A stretch of 64,000 bases of DNA from an uncultured Alphaproteobacteria bacterium (GTDB lineage: Bacteria; Pseudomonadota; Alphaproteobacteria; Rhizobiales; Xanthobacteraceae). Location of the stretch: contig CAVVEA010000012.1 in assembly GCA_963747165.1 (NCBI GenBank), positions 114,595 to 178,594 on the forward strand. The letters run 5' to 3'. Below the pieces are notes generated by a model. It was not told the DNA's origin. It saw only the letters and a list, made by a program, of their open reading frames with translations, and did not search any database. Of the stretch, positions 49,550 through 58,530 are shown piece after piece (the first letter of the stretch is position 1; each line of letters starts with the position of its first letter). Made by a program: the position numbers and the translations under genes.

Positions 49550-50640
49550 TCCGCGCCTTCGACACCTTCTCACTGCCGCTGTTGCGCTGGTTCGATCCGG
49601 AAGATGCCCACCGTCTGGCGATCCAGGGCTTGCGGTTGCTGCCGCCGATCCGGCCGCGGCCGGACGATCCAAAACTGGCGGTGCGGGCCTTCGGCCTGAA
49701 CTTTCCCAATCCGATCGGTATGGCGGCGGGCTTCGACAAGAGCGCCGAGGTGCCGGATTCGCTGTTGCGGCTGGGTTTCGGCTTCGTCGAAATCGGCACG
49801 GTGACGCCGAAGCCGCAGGCCGGCAATCCGAGGCCGCGGCTGTTCCGGCTGGAGCGCGACGAAGCCGTCATCAACCGCATGGGCTTCAACAATGACGGCG
49901 CGGAGGCGGTGCTGAAGCGGCTGGCCGGGCGCGCGCATCTCGGCGGCATCGTCGGCGTCAATGTCGGCGCCAACAAGGATACCGATGATCGCGTCGCTGA
50001 TTACGTCAAGCTGATCGAGATCTTCGCGCCGGTGGCGAGCTATTTCACCGTCAACGTATCGTCGCCAAACACGCCGGGCCTGCGCAATTTGCAGCAAGCC
50101 GCCGCGCTCGACGATCTCCTGGCCAAGGTGATCGACGCGCGCGAGCGGGTACGCTCGAGCGCCGGCGATACGCCGGTGCTGCTCAAGATCGCCCCCGATC
50201 TGAGCCTGACCGAACTCGACGATGTCGTTCAAATCGCCCGCTCGCGCCGCATCGACGGCATGATCGTCGGCAACACCACGCTGGCGCGTCCCACCACTTT
50301 GCGCGAACAGAGCCGCCTCAGGGAGCAGGGGGGATTGTCGGGGCGGCCGCTGTTCCGGCTGTCGACGCGAATGGTGGCCGAGACCTATGTGCGTGCCGAA
50401 GGCGCGTTTCCGCTGATCGGCGTCGGCGGCATCGATACCGGCGGCGCTGCGCTGACCAAGATCCGCGCCGGCGCCAGCCTGATCCAGCTGTATTCGTCGC
50501 TGATCTACAAGGGGCTCGGATTGGTGGACGACATCAAGAACGATCTGGCCTCGACGCTGCTGCGCACCGGCCGCGACTCGCTGTCCGAAATCGTCGGCGC
50601 CGACGCTGCGACGATCACGGCCGAGGATTGGCCGGTTTAG
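49546..50640 (+). CDS. pyrD: Quinone-dependent dihydroorotate dehydrogenase
   Basis: DPEDAH, NPIGMAAGFDK, GTVTP.PQ.GNP.PRLFRL, NVSSPNTPGLR, KIAPDL, GGLSG.PL. Confidence 0.95.
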   Translation: MIRAFDTFSLPLLRWFDPEDAHRLAIQGLRLLPPIRPRPDDPKLAVRAFGLNFPNPIGMAAGFDKSAEVPDSLLRLGFGFVEIGTVTPKPQAGNPRPRLFRLERDEAVINRMGFNNDGAEAVLKRLAGRAHLGGIVGVNVGANKDTDDRVADYVKLIEIFAPVASYFTVNVSSPNTPGLRNLQQAAALDDLLAKVIDARERVRSSAGDTPVLLKIAPDLSLTELDDVVQIARSRRIDGMIVGNTTLARPTTLREQSRLREQGGLSGRPLFRLSTRMVAETYVRAEGAFPLIGVGGIDTGGAALTKIRAGASLIQLYSSLIYKGLGLVDDIKNDLASTLLRTGRDSLSEIVGADAATITAEDWPV

Positions 50641-50688
50641 CGCGTATTCCGCAAAAGTGCATTCCGGTTTTGCGATCAGAATACGCGC
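50640..50688. repeat. Rhizobial palindromic (RIME-like) element
   Basis: GCGCGTATTC-CGCAAAAGTGCATTCCGGTTTTGCG-ATCA-GAATACGCGC, between convergent genes. Confidence 0.7.
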
Positions 50689-50699
50689 CAGAATAAAAA

Positions 50700-51434
50700 C
50701 TACAATTCGACGATCATGCCGTCGCTTGCGGTCGTGTAGTCCAGCGTATCCAGCCGTCCCAGCATGTCGTCGCTCATATGGGTGAGGATCAGCCGCTTCG
50801 GATTGATCTCGGGCAAATGCGCTTCCAGCGTTTTCAGGCTGAGATGATTTTTCACGACCTTGTCGTAGTAATAGGCCTCGGCGATGAACAGGTCGGCGTC
50901 GCGCGCCGCCGGGATCAGCGTCTCCGTCCATTCGGTGTCGGCGCTGTAGGCGATGACGCGGCCTTCGGCCTCGACCCGGTAGGCCAGGAACGGACCGCCG
51001 GACAGGCCGTGCACGACAGGGTAGGGGGTCACGCTGACCGCGTCGAACGCGCGCGTTTCCCCGGGCTTGAGCGAAACCACCGACAGATCGAACCGCTGCT
51101 TTGTCTTCGATGAATGCTCGAACAGGGCTTCCATGACCTGCGCCAGCCGGGCTTCGATTCCCTCGGGCCCCGCGATCACCAGCGGCCGGGTGCGGCGGGT
51201 GAATTGCGCGTCGAGCAACAGGAACGGCAAGCCGGCGAAATGATCGCCGTGGAAATGCGTGATCAGGATGAGGTCGATGTCGTCGCGCGCGATGCCGAGC
51301 CGCTTTAGTGCCGGCAGCGAGGATGCGCCGCAATCGATCAGGAAATTGGCGCGTTCGCCGGTGACATGAAAGCAGGTATTGAACCGTCCGCCGGATCCGA
51401 GCGCGTCGCCGCAGCCGACAAATCGCAATTGCAT
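50700..51434 (-). CDS. MBL-fold metallo-hydrolase (RNase Z/AtsA-like)
   Basis: GCGDALGSGGR.NTCF, LIDCG, THFHGDH, YSADT, LTHM. Confidence 0.88.
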   Translation of the reverse strand: MQLRFVGCGDALGSGGRFNTCFHVTGERANFLIDCGASSLPALKRLGIARDDIDLILITHFHGDHFAGLPFLLLDAQFTRRTRPLVIAGPEGIEARLAQVMEALFEHSSKTKQRFDLSVVSLKPGETRAFDAVSVTPYPVVHGLSGGPFLAYRVEAEGRVIAYSADTEWTETLIPAARDADLFIAEAYYYDKVVKNHLSLKTLEAHLPEINPKRLILTHMSDDMLGRLDTLDYTTASDGMIVEL

Positions 51435-51451
51435 CGACCCCTCCTCAAGAT

Positions 51452-52786
51452 TCAGTCGGACAGTGGCTCCTGCCGGAACGAAGCCCGCACCAGCACCGGA
51501 TAGCGCAGCGCCTGCAAGCCGCCGCGCGCGGCATAATGCACCAGCAGCGCGCCCCATAGCCCGGCATTGCCGAACGACCGCAGCGCCAGCCAGGCGCCGA
51601 GAAACATCAGCAGCGAAAGCATCATCAAATTGCGCATGTCGCGCGCCCAGGTCGCGCCGATATAGACGCCGTCAAAGGCGAAGGCAAACACGGCCAGCAT
51701 CGGAGAAACCACCACAAACCACAGATAGTCGCGCGCACCGCGGCGGACATCCTCGCTGGCGGTCATGATGTCGATCAGCGAGGGGCCGAACAGTGCGAAC
51801 ACCGCGGTCACCGCCAGCGCAAAGCCAAACCCCCAGAGCACGACAAGCCTCACCGCGCCGGAAAATCCATCTCTGTCGCGCGCGCCATAGGCGCGGCCGC
51901 AGAGCTGTTCGGCGGCATTGGCAAGACCGTCCAGGAAGAAGGCGCTGATCAAAAGGAAGTTGTTCAAAACCGCGTTGGCGGCAAGCGTCGTGTCGCCGGA
52001 GCGCGCGCCTTGCGAGGTGAAGAACAGGAACACCGCGATCAGGGAAGCGGTGCGGATCATTATATCCCGGTTGACCGCCAGCATGCGGATCAGCTTGGTG
52101 CGGTCGAGCAGCGTCGCGCGCGGCACAGCGGGTTGTCCACGCGAAAGCCGCCTTGCGATCAGGATACCAAGCACGAGCCCCGCCGCTTCCGCGGTGACGG
52201 CGGCGATCGCGGCGCCGGCGATGCCGGCCTCGAGCACCAGCACCAGCAGGACCGTTGCGGCCATGTTGACGACGTTGATCGCGATCTGGACGCCGAGCGC
52301 AAGTCTTGCACGCGCCTGTCCGACCAGCCAGCCGAGCACGACATAGTTCGCGAGTGCCAGCGGCGCCGACCAGATCCGGATGGTGAAATAGGTCCTGGCG
52401 GCGCGCGTCACGCCTTCGCTGCCGCCCATCAGGCCCAGCAGGAGGGCGGCAAGCGGGATCTGCAGGATGATCAGGCCGGCGCCGATCAGCGCCGCCACCA
52501 TAAACCCGCGCATCAGGATCGGGCGCAAATCCCCGATCTCGCCGGCGCCGATTGACTGGGCCGTGAAGGCCAACGTGCTCATGCGCAGGAAGCCGAACAG
52601 CCAGAACAGGCAGTCGAAAATAACCGATGCGATGGCCACGCCGCCGAGTAGCGTCGCCTCGCCGAGCCGCCCGATTGCGATGGTCGAGACGACGCCGATC
52701 AGCGGCGTCGTCAGGTTCGCGATCATCGCGGGACCAGCGATGGCGAAGACCTGCGCGGTCGTGACCTTGGACGGGGGAGCTAGCAA
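51452..52786 (-). CDS. MATE-family (DinF-like) efflux transporter
   Basis: IAGPAMIANLTTPLIG.V, LFGFLRM.T, NRDIMIRT, LDGLANAAE, FDGVYIGAT. Confidence 0.88.
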   Translation of the reverse strand: MLAPPSKVTTAQVFAIAGPAMIANLTTPLIGVVSTIAIGRLGEATLLGGVAIASVIFDCLFWLFGFLRMSTLAFTAQSIGAGEIGDLRPILMRGFMVAALIGAGLIILQIPLAALLLGLMGGSEGVTRAARTYFTIRIWSAPLALANYVVLGWLVGQARARLALGVQIAINVVNMAATVLLVLVLEAGIAGAAIAAVTAEAAGLVLGILIARRLSRGQPAVPRATLLDRTKLIRMLAVNRDIMIRTASLIAVFLFFTSQGARSGDTTLAANAVLNNFLLISAFFLDGLANAAEQLCGRAYGARDRDGFSGAVRLVVLWGFGFALAVTAVFALFGPSLIDIMTASEDVRRGARDYLWFVVVSPMLAVFAFAFDGVYIGATWARDMRNLMMLSLLMFLGAWLALRSFGNAGLWGALLVHYAARGGLQALRYPVLVRASFRQEPLSD

Positions 52787-52804
52787 GCGAGGCCTGCGCG
52801 CAGT

Positions 52805-53110
52805 CTATCGTCCGCGCGGTGCCCCGAATATTCGTGACAGGAACCAGATCGGCAGCACGATCACGGCGCCGAGCAGGAAATAGCGCCACAGCCAGTTGAC
52901 GGCGTCGAAGCCGAGATCCCAGATCCGCTGGAACAACAGCCGGATGCTGTTGAGGATGTTCCACGGGTCGAAGCCAACGGCGGCAAGCACCACGCCGACC
53001 AGAATGGACAGCAGGATCAGCCGAAACGCCACCGCCAGCGGCGAGCCGCCGAGAAAACGGTACAGGCCGTCATTGGCCGCCGCCGGCAATTCCCGCGTAT
53101 CGTTTGGCAT
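52805..53110 (-). CDS. Small rhizobial membrane protein (DUF6460-like)
   Basis: RFLGGSPL.V..RL.LLS..VG, LWRYFLLGAVIVLPIW. Confidence 0.75.
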   Translation of the reverse strand: MPNDTRELPAAANDGLYRFLGGSPLAVAFRLILLSILVGVVLAAVGFDPWNILNSIRLLFQRIWDLGFDAVNWLWRYFLLGAVIVLPIWFLSRIFGAPRGR

Positions 53111-53284
53111 CGATAATCTCCCGCACCCATTCGCCGGCGCACTATAGCGCGCTCCAAGGGAAATGGGGAACCGGGCTGTCGCCGTCAATGGCCGCTGGCT
53201 GCGGCCCGTTATTATAACGCGTTTTCGTCGCGCTGGCCCGTGTCTGCCCCGCATCAACCGCGGGGCGGCCGCCGCTGGCAAACG

Positions 53285-54943
53285 CTAGACCTGAAGAATC
53301 GCGTCGGCTTTCAGCATCCGCTCCAGCGTTTCCAGCCGGTCGGCCTCGCGTGGCGGCTTGTCCCAGCGCAGCCGGTTGATGCGGGGAAACCGCATGGCCA
53401 CGCCGGACTTGTGCCGCGTGGAGCGCGCCAGCCCCTCGAAAGCGACTTCCAGCACCAGCCCCTGATCCGGCTCGTGCACCACGTGCCGGACGGGGCCGAA
53501 TTTCTCCGTGGTGTTTCGGCGCACGAAACGATCGATCTGCAGCAGTTCCTCGTCGGTGAAGCCGAAATAGGCCTTGCCGACCGGCACCAATTGGTCACCG
53601 TCCTCGCCTGAGGTCCAGACCCCGAATGTATAGTCGGAATAATATGACGAGCGCTTGCCGTGCCCGCGCTGCGCATACATCAGCACGGCATCGATCAGAT
53701 GCGGGTCGTGCTTCCACTTCCACCATTGCCCTTTCGGGCGGCCCGGCAGATAGGCCGCGTCGCGGCGCTTCAACATCACGCCTTCGACCGCCTCGGCATC
53801 TTCGCCGGCGCCGGCGCTGGCGGGATCGGCGCGCGCCGATTTCAGCGCGTCCCAGCTGTCGAAGGCAATCGTCGGCGACAGGTCGATGCGCGGATCGTCC
53901 AGTCTTTTGACATAGGCCTCCAGCCTGGCGCGGCGTTCGACAAACGGCAGTTCGCGCAGATCATGGCTGTCGTCGCCGAGCAGATCATAGGCGCGCAGAT
54001 GGATCGGATATTCCTTCATCAGTTTCGGCGACACGATCTTGCGGTTGAGGCGCTGCTGCAGCACGTTGAAGGTTTGCACCCGGCCATCGCGCAGCACCAG
54101 CAGCTCGCCATCGATGGCGCCGGGCAGGTGGAGCGACGGCAGCAGGTCCGGAAAGCTCCTGGTGACGTCCTCGCCACTCCGCGAATAGAGCCGCGCCGTG
54201 ATGTGGCCGCGCACGTCGCGCCCGCTTACTGCCTGAACGCGAATACCGTCCCATTTCCATTCCGCGATGTAATCGGCGGCATCGAGATTGGCGAAGTCGG
54301 TATTCTCGATCGCGTGCGCCAGCATCACGGGGCGAAACGGCGCAGGATCGAGATTGACCGGCTTTTCCGCGCGGCCTTCCAGCCACGCGAACAGATCGAG
54401 ATAGGGCGGCGCGAGCCCCGGCCACATCAGCTCGACATCGTGCGGGTCCTTGTCGCCAAGGGCTGCGGCGGCGGTCTTGGCCAGCCGCGCCGAGACGCCG
54501 ATCCGCATCGCGCCGGTGACGAGTTTTAACAATGCCCAGCGGCCGGTCTCGTCGAGTTCGTCGAGCCAGCGCGCGAGCTGCCTTGGCAGTTCGGTCTTGC
54601 CGAGGGTGCGCAGCGTGGTGACGACTTCGGAAAGCGTGGGGGGCGGCGGGTTGTTGTGTCGGTTCTCGGACGCCTTCGGCCACATCAGTGCGACCGTCTC
54701 GGAAAGATCGCCGACGTAATCATACGACAAGCCAAACAGCACGGGGTCGGTGCGATCCGCGATCAGGTCGCGGATCAGGCCGGGTTTTGCATGTTTGAAC
54801 GATAGCGCACCGGTGAGGGCTGCGAGCGCGTAGCCGCGATCGGGATCCTCCACCTCGCGAAAATAGGAGGTCAACAGCCGCAGCTTGTTGTTGCGGCCGG
54901 GCTCGTAGGCGAGGCGGTCGAGCAATTCGGCGAAGCGGTTCAT
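53285..54943 (-). CDS. ATP-dependent DNA ligase (ligase-associated DNA damage cluster)
   Basis: EWKWDGIR (KxDG), IDGEL, AYDLL, EGVMLK, W.KWK, LEVAFEG, MRFPRI. Confidence 0.92.
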   Translation of the reverse strand: MNRFAELLDRLAYEPGRNNKLRLLTSYFREVEDPDRGYALAALTGALSFKHAKPGLIRDLIADRTDPVLFGLSYDYVGDLSETVALMWPKASENRHNNPPPPTLSEVVTTLRTLGKTELPRQLARWLDELDETGRWALLKLVTGAMRIGVSARLAKTAAAALGDKDPHDVELMWPGLAPPYLDLFAWLEGRAEKPVNLDPAPFRPVMLAHAIENTDFANLDAADYIAEWKWDGIRVQAVSGRDVRGHITARLYSRSGEDVTRSFPDLLPSLHLPGAIDGELLVLRDGRVQTFNVLQQRLNRKIVSPKLMKEYPIHLRAYDLLGDDSHDLRELPFVERRARLEAYVKRLDDPRIDLSPTIAFDSWDALKSARADPASAGAGEDAEAVEGVMLKRRDAAYLPGRPKGQWWKWKHDPHLIDAVLMYAQRGHGKRSSYYSDYTFGVWTSGEDGDQLVPVGKAYFGFTDEELLQIDRFVRRNTTEKFGPVRHVVHEPDQGLVLEVAFEGLARSTRHKSGVAMRFPRINRLRWDKPPREADRLETLERMLKADAILQV

Positions 54944-55980
54944 GCCTCGGAATCCTCGCCCGCCGGCGCCGCTTCGCCTTCGTCCTCGTCGCCGTACCCG
55001 ACCAGATCCAGCGGCCGCGCGGTCAGGCCTTTGCTCGTGCACCAATGCACCAGCGCATCCTCCTGGCCGTGGGTGACCCAGATCTCGCCGGCGCTGGTGG
55101 CGTTGATCGTCGCGGTGAGGCCGTCCCAGTCGGCGTGATCGGAAATAACCAGCGGCAGTTCGACGCCGCGCTGCCGCGCGCGGGCGCGCACCCGCATCCA
55201 GCCTGATGCGAAGGCCGTGACCGGATCGGGAAACCGCCGCGTCCAGATATCCGAGGTGGCCGACGGCGGCGCCAGCGTGATGGTGCCGGCGAGATCGGCC
55301 TTCTTCATGCCCTTGACCGCGCGCAACTCGCCCAGCGCCACGCCACGGCTCTCATAATAGCGCGTGATCTTTTCCATCGCGCCGTGCAAATAGATCGGCG
55401 CGTCGTAGCCGGCGGCGCGAAGCAGCGCGATCACGCGCTGCGCCTTGCCGAGTGAATAGGCGCCGACCAGATGCGCGCGCTCCGGAAACAGCGCCACCGA
55501 GGCCAGCAGTTTTTTGATTTCGTCGGCCGCAACGCCGTGACGAAACACCGGTAGGCCGAAGGTGGCCTCGGTGATGAAGACATCGCAGGGCACCACTTCG
55601 AAGGGAGTGCAGGTCGGGTCAGGCGCGTCCTTGTAGTCGCCGGAGGCGACGATGCAGGTATCCTTGCAGGTGACGGCGATTTGCGCCGAGCCCAGCACGT
55701 GGCCCGCGGGATGGAATTTGATAGTGACTTCGCCAAGCCTGATCTGTTCGCCATAGGCGATGACCTGCGTGCTGCCGGCGAAATTGTCGCCGTAACGCAG
55801 CCGCATCATGTCGAGCGTCTCCGGCGTGGCCAGCACGGCGCCATGACCGGGGCGGGCATGATCGGAATGGCCGTGAGTGATCACGGCGCGCTCGACCGGG
55901 CGGACCGGGTCGATGTGGAAGCCGCCGGGCTTGCAGCACAGGCCGGCGGGCACCGGCATCAGGATGTCTTGCGGACGCAT
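54940..55980 (-). CDS. Ligase-associated DNA damage response exonuclease (MBL/beta-CASP)
   Basis: HIDP.RPV.RA.ITHGHSDH, PAGHVLGSAQ, SGDYK, ITEATFGLPVF, YSLGKAQR, ISDHADW. Confidence 0.9.
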   Translation of the reverse strand: MRPQDILMPVPAGLCCKPGGFHIDPVRPVERAVITHGHSDHARPGHGAVLATPETLDMMRLRYGDNFAGSTQVIAYGEQIRLGEVTIKFHPAGHVLGSAQIAVTCKDTCIVASGDYKDAPDPTCTPFEVVPCDVFITEATFGLPVFRHGVAADEIKKLLASVALFPERAHLVGAYSLGKAQRVIALLRAAGYDAPIYLHGAMEKITRYYESRGVALGELRAVKGMKKADLAGTITLAPPSATSDIWTRRFPDPVTAFASGWMRVRARARQRGVELPLVISDHADWDGLTATINATSAGEIWVTHGQEDALVHWCTSKGLTARPLDLVGYGDEDEGEAAPAGEDSEA

Positions 55981-56016
55981 CTTCGCTATATAGGGCCTGT
56001 CTCGGCGATTTTTACC

Positions 56017-56100
56017 CGTCATGCGCCGGCTTGACCGGCGCATCCATCTTCCGGAACAATTCCCGATCGATGGATTGCCGGATCGAAGTCCGGCAACGAC
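56017..56100. repeat. REPIN-like CGTC-type pair
   Basis: CGTC-ATGCGCCGGCTTGACCGGCGCAT-CCA ... TGG-ATTGCCGGATCGAAGTCCGGCAAC-GAC. Confidence 0.75.
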
Positions 56101-56113
56101 ACAGGTGGAGCCC

Positions 56114-57046
56114 ATGCCTTCGCGAATATTCCTGTCCTCCGGCGATCTGATGGCTGACCGGCGGTTCGATTTTGCGCGCGATCTGCAATTGAAAGGCGAT
56201 CTTGCCGCCGCCGCCGATCTGCTGTTGCAGGCGACGGAACTCGCGCCCGGCTTTGCTTCCGCCTGGTTCACGCTCGGCGAAATTCGTGGGCAGCTCGGCG
56301 AGCATGACGCGGCGATCGCGGCGTTTCAAAAGGCGAAGGAAGCCGATCCCGAGGATCGGCACGGCGCCAGCCTGCGGCTGATGCGGCTCGGCGCCGAGCA
56401 AGTTTCGGCGATGCCACAGGCCTATGTGCGTGCGCTGTTCGATCAATACGCGCCGAAATTCGAGACCGCGCTGGTTGACGATCTCGGCTACCGCGGTCCC
56501 GCGCTGTTGTTCAGAGCGGTGCTGTCGACGCGCGCGGCGGTGCGCAAGCCGGCCTTCTTCAAGCGCGCGATCGATCTCGGCTGTGGCACTGGATTGGCGG
56601 CCGCCGCCTTCGCCAAGGAGGTCGACCATTTCATCGGCATCGATCTGTCGCCACGCATGATCGAGCGCTCGCGCGCCACCGGGCTTTACGCGCAGCTGGA
56701 AGTGAACGAGATGGTGGAAGGGTTGCGCGGCAGGCGTGATGCCAGCGCCGACCTCATCCTCGCCGCCGACACCCTGATCTATCTGTCCGATCTCGCAGCC
56801 GTGCTGCGCGAGGCGAAGCGCGTGCTGATCTCAGGCGGCCTGTTGGCCTTCACGGTCGAAACCCATGCCGGCGAAGGTATCATCCTCGGCGAGGGTCTGC
56901 GCTACGCGCACGGCGCCGCTTACGTGCGCGCGGCGGTTGAAGAGGCCGGGCTCGCGCTGTCGCTCCTTGAGGATCTGTCGGCGCGCAACGAGGACAACGC
57001 GCCGGTTCCCGGACTGGTCGTGGTCGCCGGCAAAACTTGCGTCTAG
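56114..57046 (+). CDS. TPR-repeat plus class I SAM methyltransferase
   Basis: N-terminal TPR (APGFASAWFTLG); LFDQYA..FE..L; IDLGCGTGL, GIDLS..M, RYAH. Confidence 0.87.
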   Translation: MPSRIFLSSGDLMADRRFDFARDLQLKGDLAAAADLLLQATELAPGFASAWFTLGEIRGQLGEHDAAIAAFQKAKEADPEDRHGASLRLMRLGAEQVSAMPQAYVRALFDQYAPKFETALVDDLGYRGPALLFRAVLSTRAAVRKPAFFKRAIDLGCGTGLAAAAFAKEVDHFIGIDLSPRMIERSRATGLYAQLEVNEMVEGLRGRRDASADLILAADTLIYLSDLAAVLREAKRVLISGGLLAFTVETHAGEGIILGEGLRYAHGAAYVRAAVEEAGLALSLLEDLSARNEDNAPVPGLVVVAGKTCV

Positions 57047-57158
57047 ACGCTACGCCGCTGGCGAATAGCGGCATTGCGTCGCAAAGCCGCCAGTTCGCAC
57101 TTGCCGGGCGCGCCGGAAACGTAGATCAATGCGCGCACTTCAGGGAGAAACGAGATCA

Positions 57159-58388
57159 ATGAACGATAAACAGTCGAGGCGCGAATTCGGCGCTACCGCT
57201 CTTGCCACGATCGTCGCGTCGGCCATGCCCGCACCTTACGTCTGGGCCGCCGAGAAAAAATACGATCCAGGTGCCAGCGACACCGAAATCAAACTGGGGC
57301 AAACGGTGCCGCATAGCGGTCCGGGTTCGCTGTACGGTGTGCTCGGCCGGGTCGGCGAGGCCTATTTCCAGATGCTCAACGACAAGGGCGGCATCAACGG
57401 CCGCAAGATCAAATTCCTCACCATGGACGACGCCTACAGCGCGCCGAAATGCGTCGAGGCGACGCGGCGGCTGGTCGAGCAGGAAGAAGTGCTGGCGCTG
57501 TTCGGCTCGCTCGGCACCGCGCCGCAGACCGCTGTGCATAAATATCTCAACTCGAAGGGCGTGCCGCAGCTTCTGCTCAACACCGGCGCGTCGAAATGGA
57601 ACGATCCGAAGAACAACAAATGGACCATGGCCGGATTACCACTATACCCGACCGAAGCGCGGATCCTTGCCAAGCATGTCGTGGGCGTGAAGCCGAACGC
57701 CAAGGTCGGCATTCTCTACCAGAACGACGATTTCGGCCGCGACTTCCTGGGGCCGTTCAAGCAGGTGCTGGCGGATGCCGGCGGCACCGCCAAGGTGATC
57801 ATGGAGCAGACCTACGATCTGACCGAACCGACGGTCGATTCCCAGCTGATCAATCTCTCCAAGTCGGGCGCCGACGTCTTCTACAACATCACCACCGGCA
57901 AGGCGACGTCGCAGTCGGTCCGCAAGGTCGTCGAACTCGGCTGGAAGCCGCTGCAATTGCTTTCGGCGGGATCCACCGGCCGCTCGATCCTCAATGCCGC
58001 GGGTTTTGAGAATGCCACCGGCATCGTCGCCATCCGCTATGCCAAGGAAGTCGGCGTGCCGCGCTGGGAGAAGGATCCCGACGTGATGGCGTTCGAGGAA
58101 TTGCGCAAGAAATATCTGCCGACCGTCGATCCCGACAACACCATCGCCTTTGCCGGCTATGGCCAGGTGGCGACGATGGCGGAAATCCTGCGCCGCTGCG
58201 GTGACGATCTGACCCGCGCCAACGTGCTGAAGCAGGCCTCGACGCTCAACGGCTTCCATTCGCCGTATTTCCTCGACGGTATCACCTACAGCTATACGCC
58301 CGACGATTATACGCCGATGAAGACGCTCTACATCTCGCAGTTCAACGGTAAGGACTGGGATATTTCCGACAAGCCGGTTACGGAATAG
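57159..58388 (+). CDS. Branched-chain amino-acid-type ABC substrate-binding protein (orphan)
   Basis: Tat-like SRREF; EIKLGQT.P.SGP.S, GGINGRKI...DDAYS, LGTAP, YQNDDFG.D. Confidence 0.87.
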   Translation: MNDKQSRREFGATALATIVASAMPAPYVWAAEKKYDPGASDTEIKLGQTVPHSGPGSLYGVLGRVGEAYFQMLNDKGGINGRKIKFLTMDDAYSAPKCVEATRRLVEQEEVLALFGSLGTAPQTAVHKYLNSKGVPQLLLNTGASKWNDPKNNKWTMAGLPLYPTEARILAKHVVGVKPNAKVGILYQNDDFGRDFLGPFKQVLADAGGTAKVIMEQTYDLTEPTVDSQLINLSKSGADVFYNITTGKATSQSVRKVVELGWKPLQLLSAGSTGRSILNAAGFENATGIVAIRYAKEVGVPRWEKDPDVMAFEELRKKYLPTVDPDNTIAFAGYGQVATMAEILRRCGDDLTRANVLKQASTLNGFHSPYFLDGITYSYTPDDYTPMKTLYISQFNGKDWDISDKPVTE

Positions 58389-58406
58389 GCGGGCGGCAAG
58401 ACGTAA

Positions 58407-58456
58407 CGCTTTCGAGCGAAGTGGGTACCGGTTGGCGTGAAGAAAACGCGTCAAAA
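58407..58456. repeat. RIME-like element, copy of 13454-13505
   Basis: CGCTTTCGAGCGAAGTGGGTACCGGTTGGCGTGAAGAAAACGCGTCAAAA. Confidence 0.65.
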
Positions 58457-58530
58457 TAAGAAAGGCAGCGGATCGATTTGATCCGTTGCCGCTCTCGACG
58501 AAACCGCCACGACGGCTTACCTCTTGGGCC

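Noticed and set aside
57059-57070. Third GCGAATA heptamer element
   Set aside because: Only a single GGCGAATAGCG unit with no inverted partner array.
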